A stretch of 24,322 bases of DNA from a virus (taxonomy: Duplodnaviria > Heunggongvirae > Uroviricota > Caudoviricetes), in the IMG/VR virus record IMGVR_UViG_651703075_000001, positions 64,001 through 88,322 of that record; one strand, 5' to 3'. Numbering within the stretch: the stretch's first letter is position 1; every line of letters begins with the position of its first letter. Made by a program: the position numbers and the translations under genes. The notes under the pieces are model-generated. The model was not told the origin of the DNA. It did not search any database and was given only the letters and a program-made list of their open reading frames with translations. Below are positions 16,976-22,834 of this stretch, piece by piece.

Positions 16976-17532
16976 TCATTCTCTCCTTTTTCAATTTGTT
17001 CTTGCTCAGCCTCATCCTGCTGCTTGGGTTTCGGCTTTGGCTGCCGCTTTTTACGTGCCGGTTTCTCAGTAGCCTGGGACTCGGCTTCAGGTTGTGACTC
17101 AACTTCAGGCTCGGAAGAACCGAAGTCGAACACAACGTTCTCATCTTGCCCCTTCTCCAGGACAGCCCAGTGCAGGCTGCTGGACAGCATGGACACACGG
17201 GAGGTGTCCAGGGTGTATCCTGCCAGAACCTGGGATTGGAATGCCAGCAGGAAATTCATGAGGTTGTAGTCTTTGACCTCAACGGCGTTCTCAGAGAGAC
17301 TCTTGACGGCCTCCGGGCTGGCGACTTCAGTAGGACCACACACTTCCTCGTGGAAGAGGGTGATGGTACGAACACCCGAAGCAGAGCTGACTACGGGGAA
17401 TCCAGCCAGGGTGTTCTCAACACGGTAGCCTTCAGCGATGGCATTTTCCACGGCTTGCAGGAAGCTGATGGGGTTTTGTTCGACTACACGGATACGCTTA
17501 CGATCCGCTGGATAAGCAGGTTTTACGGACAT
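16972..17532 (-). CDS. hypothetical protein with an internal duplicated domain and charged tail
   Basis: RBS AAGGAGG; first gene of the leftward block. Confidence 0.8.
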   Translation of the reverse strand: MSVKPAYPADRKRIRVVEQNPISFLQAVENAIAEGYRVENTLAGFPVVSSASGVRTITLFHEEVCGPTEVASPEAVKSLSENAVEVKDYNLMNFLLAFQSQVLAGYTLDTSRVSMLSSSLHWAVLEKGQDENVVFDFGSSEPEVESQPEAESQATEKPARKKRQPKPKPKQQDEAEQEQIEKGENE

Positions 17533-17561
17533 TTTTGATTCCTCCTTGGGATTGAGAGTAC

Positions 17562-17590
17562 ACTATACCACCATCTGAAGCAGAAGTCAA
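17562..17590 (-). promoter_or_regulatory. leftward sigma70 promoter
   Basis: TTGACT-N17-TATAGT on the minus strand. Confidence 0.85.
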
Positions 17591-17593
17591 GGC

Positions 17594-17622
17594 TTGACAA
17601 GCTAAAGAATTTATAGTAATAT
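17594..17622 (+). promoter_or_regulatory. rightward sigma70 promoter, back-to-back with the leftward one
   Basis: TTGACA-N17-TAATAT; the two -35 boxes form the palindrome GTCAAG-G-CTTGAC. Confidence 0.65.
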
Positions 17623-17725
17623 TATTAAATATATTATATATAATATACAAGGGAGGGAGTGGGCAAGTGCCCCCTCCCTTGTACTAAGTATATAATTAAT
17701 ATTAATTACTATAGGTTAATTTTTA
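17610..17725. other. AT-rich island with a central GC-rich bulged hairpin (17646-17683); candidate replication origin or control region
   Basis: Near-pure A/T runs flank TACAAGGGAGG-GAGT-GGGC-AAGT-GCCC-CCTCCCTTGTA. Confidence 0.45.
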
Positions 17726-17901
17726 TGAGATGTAAAGGCTGTAATAGGATAATTAAGTATCCTAGTAAGAATTCAGTATCAGGTAAGCATGAAGACCTCT
17801 GCTCCCTGTGTCAAGGCCGTGCCAAGATGGTAGGCCCTACTGAGAACTACGCATTCCCTCATGCGAAGCAGGGCTTGACACCAGTCCGTCAATGTGACTA
17901 G
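17725..17901 (+). CDS. small Zn-binding protein (CxxC...CxxC)
   Basis: MRCKGCN...LCSLCQ; 58 aa from ATG 17725. Confidence 0.7.
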   Translation: MRCKGCNRIIKYPSKNSVSGKHEDLCSLCQGRAKMVGPTENYAFPHAKQGLTPVRQCD

Positions 17902-17904
17902 GGA

Positions 17905-17934
17905 TTGACAAACACACCTACAGGATGCTATAGT
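17905..17934 (+). promoter_or_regulatory. sigma70 promoter with extended -10
   Basis: TTGACA-N18-TATAGT preceded by TGc. Confidence 0.75.
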
Positions 17935-18011
17935 ATCTATAGATACACCAGTTTAAGACCTGGGAGGGTTCCTCCTCCTTCCCCTCTCAGGCACCCAACC
18001 AAGGAGTAAGT

Positions 18012-18368
18012 ATGAGCAAGTTCGTAAAGGGCCAGAGTGGCAACCCTCGTGGTCGGCCCACCAAGGAAGCTCAGGCCCTCAAGGCTATGTCTGCCGGAGA
18101 GCTTGATCACATCCTCAAAAAGCTGAAGCCTGCCAGTGCCAAGGCTATTCAGCTCATGATCGACGAAATGACCAATGCGTCCCAGACATCTCCAGTACGT
18201 CTCAAGATGGCTGACAAGGTGTTCGCTGCCTACCTGGCAGCCCTCAGGGCACAGGCGTCCATTGACGCAGTAAAGAACAAGTCTGACGGTGTTCCTGAGC
18301 AGGAGGATGAACCTCAGGCCCAGGTCGTAGAATTCTCGCTCACTATGCCTGCCAAGAGAGGAGCATAG
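18012..18368 (+). CDS. DUF5681-type protein, probable terminase small subunit
   Basis: N-terminal FVKGQSGNPRGRP motif; helical body; upstream of terL; RBS AAGGAG. Confidence 0.7.
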   Translation: MSKFVKGQSGNPRGRPTKEAQALKAMSAGELDHILKKLKPASAKAIQLMIDEMTNASQTSPVRLKMADKVFAAYLAALRAQASIDAVKNKSDGVPEQEDEPQAQVVEFSLTMPAKRGA

Positions 18369-18369
18369 C

Positions 18370-18618
18370 ATGCAAGTCCCAGTAGAAGTAATGGACCGGG
18401 TGTTCCCGGAGTCAAGGGTGTATGTGGAATCAGTTCTGGCTGATTGCCAAACCCTGGAAGACCTGGTGAATCACAGGATCAGCCTAAGCCGTAAGATGGG
18501 CCTCAAGGTTCCAGGCTCTCCGGAGTACCGAGAGCTTTGGCTGGCTGAGCAAAGTATCCATGAGATTGAGGGCTATGTCCTCGGCTCTTGTGGTGTAGGG
18601 GCCTCCCAGCCCCACTAG
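18370..18618 (+). CDS. hypothetical protein
   Basis: RBS GAGGAG; 82 aa. Confidence 0.65.
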   Translation: MQVPVEVMDRVFPESRVYVESVLADCQTLEDLVNHRISLSRKMGLKVPGSPEYRELWLAEQSIHEIEGYVLGSCGVGASQPH

Positions 18619-18622
18619 GCGT

Positions 18623-18773
18623 TCCCGGAGCCGTATGGCGGGAGGGGTTGAAGGTTCACCACACGAACCCCCTACGCCCCGGAGGTTGCCGGGGTAGGTC
18701 CTCCAGGCTCTAAAGTCCTGGAGAAGTGTCAGCCGGACCTTTGAGGATGGGAGTCCACCGGCACTCTTGACAC
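18623..18773 (+). ncRNA. candidate structured RNA element (five consecutive hairpins)
   Basis: e.g. GGTTC/GAACC, CCTA..CCCCGG/CCGGGG.TAGG, CTCCAGG/CCTGGAG, GTGTCA..GCCGG/CCGGC..TGACAC; no plausible + strand ORF. Confidence 0.4.
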
Positions 18774-18795
18774 GGCGTACTGAACACGGTTTAAT
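18767..18795 (+). promoter_or_regulatory. sigma70 promoter
   Basis: TTGACA-N17-TTTAAT. Confidence 0.75.
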
Positions 18796-18822
18796 ACCCT
18801 CCACGAAGAAACAGGAGGTACC

Positions 18823-19125
18823 ATGAGAAACATGTTCGTTACGCCCCATGCCAGGAAACGCTTTCGTGAGCGGTTCCGGCTCCAGTTCCACCCCTCGGTC
18901 TTCGAGGACGGTAGAGACATCTACGTCATCCGGAAGCTTTTCGCTGAAGCGAAATACTGTGATTTTGAGCTTCGTATGCGGATAGGAAACTATAACGCGC
19001 TCTGCGTAAAGCACGGCAGGGTCGTAAGGGTTTCCAAGGTTCGGAATTTCGTATTCGTTCACGATGACTCGACGATCTACACAATCCTGAAGGAAGGGAT
19101 GGTTCTGTCAAACGTGAGGTTTTAG
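18823..19125 (+). CDS. hypothetical protein with TxHAxxRxxER motif (DUF4258/RelE-like RNase fold possible)
   Basis: RBS AGGAGG; MFVTPHARKRFRERF and C-terminal FVFVHD...TI. Confidence 0.75.
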   Translation: MRNMFVTPHARKRFRERFRLQFHPSVFEDGRDIYVIRKLFAEAKYCDFELRMRIGNYNALCVKHGRVVRVSKVRNFVFVHDDSTIYTILKEGMVLSNVRF

Positions 19126-19197
19126 GGTAGGGGTCTTGGCGACCAGGTTGGACTCCAAATTCAACCCAGCTCAGTTCGAATCTGAGACTGCCCGCCA
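19125..19197 (+). tRNA. non-canonical tRNA-Trp(CCA)-like RNA
   Basis: Acceptor GGGTAG/CTGCCC, G discriminator, encoded CCA; T-arm CTCAG-TTCGAAT-CTGAG; 7-bp anticodon stem with loop CTCCAAA; D arm GGTC-TTGGC-GACC. Confidence 0.7.
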
Positions 19198-19205
19198 AAA
19201 ATCTC

Positions 19206-19233
19206 TTGACTTTATCTGAAAATGTGGTAAAGT
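19206..19233 (+). promoter_or_regulatory. sigma70 promoter for the tRNA operon
   Basis: TTGACT-N16-TAAAGT with TGn extended -10. Confidence 0.65.
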
Positions 19234-19250
19234 GGATTTAAGAGATTCAG

Positions 19251-19390
19251 ATGTGGGACCGACGAAGCTGATGTGCAGAGGAGGTGATCCAGCATCTCCC
19301 GGACGGGTCCGGGTTACCAACCCGCTAATTTCATAGCCCGACAGCAAGGGTAGTTCCTGCGGGGCCAGGGTCCAAGTGACCCTCCTACAT
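19251..19390 (+). ncRNA. candidate structured leader RNA abutting tRNA-Asn
   Basis: Closing stem ATGTGGG/CCTACAT; hairpins GGAGGTG/CATCTCC, GGGTT/AACCC, AGGGTC/GACCCT. Confidence 0.5.
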
Positions 19391-19467
19391 TCCGTTCGGT
19401 CCCTCAAGGTGAGGGAGCTTGACTGTTAATCAAGACGTGCCTGGTTCGATTCCAGGGAGCGGAGCCA
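19391..19467 (+). tRNA. tRNA-Asn(GTT)
   Basis: Acceptor TCCGTTC/GAGCGGA, CTTGA-CTGTTAA-TCAAG, CCTGG-TTCGATT-CCAGG, GCCA end. Confidence 0.95.
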
Positions 19468-19524
19468 AAAGAGTAACCTCCACGCATAAGGCCTGGCACT
19501 GCGCACCAGGAGGTTAGTTTCAAC

Positions 19525-19612
19525 GGAGGGGTGGCAGAGCGGTTTAATGCACCGGACTGTAAATCCGGCGTCCGACCGGGCATCGCTGGTTCAAATCCAG
19601 CCCCCTCCACCA
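19525..19612 (+). tRNA. tRNA-Tyr(GTA)
   Basis: GGAGGGG/CCCCTCC acceptor, CCGGA-CTGTAAA-TCCGG, long variable arm, ACCA end. Confidence 0.97.
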
Positions 19613-19615
19613 AAT

Positions 19616-19736
19616 GCTGTGTAAGTTGGACTGTTGCAGTGAAGCGATAGGCTCCCCGGATCGTAAGCCGGTAACGTGGGGATAGAGGGCTCCCACCGCT
19701 GAGCAACAGGAGGTTCGATTCCTCAACACAGCCCCA
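19616..19736 (+). ncRNA. 121-nt tRNA-like RNA: acceptor stem, T-arm and CCA, with a large structured insert replacing the anticodon arm
   Basis: GCTGTGT/ACACAGC-C-CCA; GAGG-TTCGATT-CCTC; CTGTTGC/GCAACAG. Confidence 0.75.
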
Positions 19737-19813
19737 AAACTGCTCCAGGCAGTTCAGCTAGGCTAGGCTTGAGAGGTAGTAGCCCGTTTTTCCAAAACCT
19801 CTCACTTACAATC

Positions 19814-19890
19814 AGGCGTGTGGCGAAAAGGTTTAACGCACTGGACTTTGACTCCAGCATTTGTGGGTTCGAATCCCACCACGTCTGCCA
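19814..19890 (+). tRNA. tRNA-Gln(TTG)
   Basis: AGGCGTG/CACGTCT acceptor, CTGGA-CTTTGAC-TCCAG, GTGGG-TTCGAAT-CCCAC, GCCA end. Confidence 0.95.
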
Positions 19891-19949
19891 ATCTACCCGA
19901 TGCTAATTGGGTCTTGTCGCTCCGGGTCAGCGACTCAGAAGTGACCCTT

Positions 19950-19978
19950 AGCCCCGGCGATCTTCGCTGGGGCTTTTT
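19950..19978 (+). terminator. intrinsic terminator ending the tRNA operon
   Basis: AGCCCCGGCGA-TCT-TCGCTGGGGCT-TTTT. Confidence 0.85.
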
Positions 19979-20007
19979 ACTTTCTCAACCCGTAATGGAG
20001 GTTGCAA

Positions 20008-20826
20008 ATGACGTTCCAACCCACTCACGCACAAGCAAGCGTGATGTCTGACGATAAGCACAGTATCATCCTATACGCCTCCCATGCAGGCGGCGGTAAG
20101 TCCCACCTCGTAGCTAAGTGGCTCACCGAACCCATGCACGTGGAAGGATATCGAGGCTTGGCAGCCCGGAGAACCATTCCATACCTCACGGGCCCTGGAG
20201 GCCTGGCGCAACAGATAGTAGATGTTGACCCAACTCTGCGGTTCTTTCGAAGAGATTTGATGGTAAGGACTCCAGATCGCAGGTCCTCCATAGTTCTTCG
20301 AGGCATCTCAAACGAGGAAGCCCCTAGAAGCCTGGGAGGATTCGTATTTCAAAGGGCAGCGGTTGACGAAGCCAACCAGGTAGACAGCAGCGCTCTGACT
20401 TACCTGTTGAGCAGACTCAGGAACCCGCAGTGTCCTGAGGTAACTCCCCAGGTTTTGATGACATTCTCTCACGGAGACTATTCCAGCACATTCCTAGACG
20501 CCCTTGTGCGACCCTTCATTGAAAAAGAGGATAGCGCACGAGGACACGGCGGGGTAGGGAGGATTGATCCCAAGAAGAGTGGTCAGACAAGATGGCTCAC
20601 CTTTTTACGAGGGGTGCCGGTTGTCGCAAAGAACCCGGAGTCTCTGATAGACCTCTTGGAATGCCACACAGGGCAAGAGCCAGAAGAAGCCAACCTCATC
20701 CCGTACACCCTGTACTTCCAGCCGGACGTTCACCCGGTTGTGAAAGAACTCTACCCCGAGTACGAATCTCATCTGAAAACCCTCGCATCACCTTTAAGTG
20801 TTCAGATGACTGGCTACTGGGGGTGA
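20008..20826 (+). CDS. truncated terminase large subunit paralog (ATPase domain only)
   Basis: AGGGKS Walker A, GLAARRTIPYLTGPGGL, VDEANQ Walker B, YLLSRLRNP; collinear with the TerL N-terminus; RBS GGAGG before ATG 20008. Confidence 0.85.
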   Translation: MTFQPTHAQASVMSDDKHSIILYASHAGGGKSHLVAKWLTEPMHVEGYRGLAARRTIPYLTGPGGLAQQIVDVDPTLRFFRRDLMVRTPDRRSSIVLRGISNEEAPRSLGGFVFQRAAVDEANQVDSSALTYLLSRLRNPQCPEVTPQVLMTFSHGDYSSTFLDALVRPFIEKEDSARGHGGVGRIDPKKSGQTRWLTFLRGVPVVAKNPESLIDLLECHTGQEPEEANLIPYTLYFQPDVHPVVKELYPEYESHLKTLASPLSVQMTGYWG

Positions 20827-20831
20827 CGAAT

Positions 20832-20855
20832 AGCCCCGCATAGCGGGGCTTTTTT
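20832..20855 (+). terminator. intrinsic terminator
   Basis: AGCCCCGC-ATA-GCGGGGCT-TTTTT. Confidence 0.85.
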
Positions 20856-20898
20856 GTGCCCAGGGATTGGCCCCGGGCAATGCAACAAGGAGCCTACC

Positions 20899-21324
20899 AT
20901 GGCTTATGAAATGACCCCAGAGGATAAGGTCCTCTACGATGCAATCGCTCGAATCGGCGTCCTGGGAGCTATCCAGGCAGGCCTGATGAAGGCAGGGGAT
21001 GGTGGGGAGCCTGCACCGGCACCAACCGTAGATACCCTGGAAGGCGCTGGAGCCACTGGTAAGGCAGTGATGAAAGCTGCGGATGCTGCTACTGCACGAA
21101 CTGCTATTGGAGCAGGAACCTCGAACCTGGCCATCGGTACCAGTGCAAGCACTGCTAAAGCAGGCAACTGGAAACCTGCCTGGGCGGATGTCACCGGAGG
21201 CGATGCAGCCGTTTCTGCGGGTGTTAAGGCTAAGGTGAATTCCGTCGCAGCAGTGGCCGAAGACGCCGAGTTGGCAGCCGTCACTGCCAAGCTTAACGAA
21301 CTGTTAGCTGCCCTAAAGGCATAA
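20899..21324 (+). CDS. head fibre/decoration-like Ala/Gly-rich protein
   Basis: GTSNLAIGTSASTAKAGN and C-terminal AKLNELLAALK; RBS AAGGAG before ATG 20899. Confidence 0.7.
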   Translation: MAYEMTPEDKVLYDAIARIGVLGAIQAGLMKAGDGGEPAPAPTVDTLEGAGATGKAVMKAADAATARTAIGAGTSNLAIGTSASTAKAGNWKPAWADVTGGDAAVSAGVKAKVNSVAAVAEDAELAAVTAKLNELLAALKA

Positions 21325-21339
21325 ACAGGGACTGGGGGC

Positions 21340-21368
21340 TTGACAAAGTTAAGCCCCTAGCATATACT
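21340..21368 (+). promoter_or_regulatory. near-consensus sigma70 promoter for terL, -35 box inside a hairpin
   Basis: TTGACA-N17-TATACT; GGGGCTTGAC-AAA-GTTAAGCCCC. Confidence 0.85.
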
Positions 21369-21405
21369 GACCATATAAGCAAGAGAAACTTTGAGGGCTT
21401 GACAA

Positions 21406-22824
21406 ATGACTAAGACAGTCATCGGTCCTAAGTCTCCGAAGCAGGAAGCGTTTATCAACTCCACTGCGAACATCACCGTGTTCGGTGGAGCTGCCGGGGC
21501 TGGTAAATCCTACCTCGGAGTGATGGACTTTCTAAAGCATGTGAAGCACCCGATGTTCCGGGGCCTGATCACTCGACGGACCACTCCTCAGATTAAGGGC
21601 CCTGGCGGTATCTTGGATAACTGCCTTCAGTTGTACAAGCAGTTTGACAAGAATGTCAAATGGAAGGATAAGGACGGGAAATTCGTCTTCTCCTCGGGAG
21701 CTGAGATTCACCTTCGACACTTTGCCCACATCGACGATAAGGACAACTACCAGGGTCTGGAAATCAACGAATTTCTCGTTGACGAAGGACAGCAATACAC
21801 CCTGGAAATGTTGCTTTACTTGATGTCTCGTATGCGGGGTCCGAAGTGTCCAGAGGTTGAACCTCACATGAAGATCACCTGCAACCCCGATTATAACAGT
21901 CCGCTGCGTAAGTGGCTGACTTGGTACCTGGACCCTGAGACAGGTATCCCGCTCCCAGAAAGGGACGGAATCACTCGGTTCTTCACTATCCAAAACGGAG
22001 ACATGGAGTTCGCTGACACAGCGGAAGAGCTGATTGAAAAGTACAATCTGAAGTCTCCTCCCCTGACTTTCAAGTTCATTTCGGCAAACGTCTACGACAA
22101 CCCTGTCGTGATGGAGATCAACCCCCAGTACGTTGCCTGGCTTGAAGGTTTGAACAGGGTCGAGAAACTTCGACTGCTCCATGGTAGCTGGTTTGCCCGA
22201 GAAGAGGCAAGCGGCTACTTCAAGCGAGAATGGACTCCAATCATTCCGCTCAGGCCTACGGACACCGTGCGACAGGTAAGAGCCTGGGATATCAGCGGTA
22301 CGCTTCCGTCAGACTCCAACAAAGAGCCAGACTGGACAGCGGGTGTATTGATGAGCAAGGGCCGGAGCACGCTATACACAATCGAGGATGTGGTGAGAGA
22401 CCGCCGCCGTATTGGTGGGGTTTTTGAACTGATCCTTGAGACAGCAAGACACGACGGAGCTGACACTACGATCCTGATTCCACGTGATCCAGGAGCGGCA
22501 GGACAGCACCTTGCATGGGACTTTGTTCGCCGCCTGGCAGAGCACGGTTTCCATGCCAGGACCCGTCCAACCAACAAATCAAAGGTCACCCGGTTCGGTC
22601 CTTTTGCCAGTATGGCAGAGGCTGGAGGTGTTCAGGTAGTAGAAGGCCCCTGGAACGAGGCTTACCTGACGGAGCTGGAGGTGTTTGATGGAAGCCGGAA
22701 TGTTAAGGACGATCAGGTGGATGCCACCTCGGACGCCTACACTTATTTGGCATCCGACATCCACATTCCCAACTTCATCCCTCCGGACCTGACCCGACCA
22801 AACCCGCTGGCCATTGAACGATAG
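21406..22824 (+). CDS. terL: terminase large subunit
   Basis: GGAAGAGKS, VDEGQQ, TCNPD coupling motif; C-terminal nuclease with WDISG...DWTA and DDQVDATSDA. Confidence 0.95.
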   Translation: MTKTVIGPKSPKQEAFINSTANITVFGGAAGAGKSYLGVMDFLKHVKHPMFRGLITRRTTPQIKGPGGILDNCLQLYKQFDKNVKWKDKDGKFVFSSGAEIHLRHFAHIDDKDNYQGLEINEFLVDEGQQYTLEMLLYLMSRMRGPKCPEVEPHMKITCNPDYNSPLRKWLTWYLDPETGIPLPERDGITRFFTIQNGDMEFADTAEELIEKYNLKSPPLTFKFISANVYDNPVVMEINPQYVAWLEGLNRVEKLRLLHGSWFAREEASGYFKREWTPIIPLRPTDTVRQVRAWDISGTLPSDSNKEPDWTAGVLMSKGRSTLYTIEDVVRDRRRIGGVFELILETARHDGADTTILIPRDPGAAGQHLAWDFVRRLAEHGFHARTRPTNKSKVTRFGPFASMAEAGGVQVVEGPWNEAYLTELEVFDGSRNVKDDQVDATSDAYTYLASDIHIPNFIPPDLTRPNPLAIER

Positions 22825-22834
22825 GAGGCCCTTT

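Noticed and set aside
6628-17538. Long plus-strand ORFs (e.g. 6692-7288, 9848-10447, 13094-13741, 14314-15087)
   Set aside because: They are antisense to a coherent minus-strand operon with coupled starts and stops.
19616-19736. Calling this element tmRNA or an intron-containing tRNA
   Set aside because: Too short, no G3.U70 pair, no tag reading frame, and the insert is far smaller than a group I intron.
17875-21404. Additional GGGCTTGACA copies (TTGACA at 17875 and 21399) as promoters
   Set aside because: No matching -10 boxes; they appear to be orphan -35 hexamers.
20008-22824. terL split by an intron or intein, with the 20008 ORF as exon 1
   Set aside because: Both ORFs carry their own Walker A and B motifs, and the downstream TerL is complete, so this is a paralog rather than a split gene.
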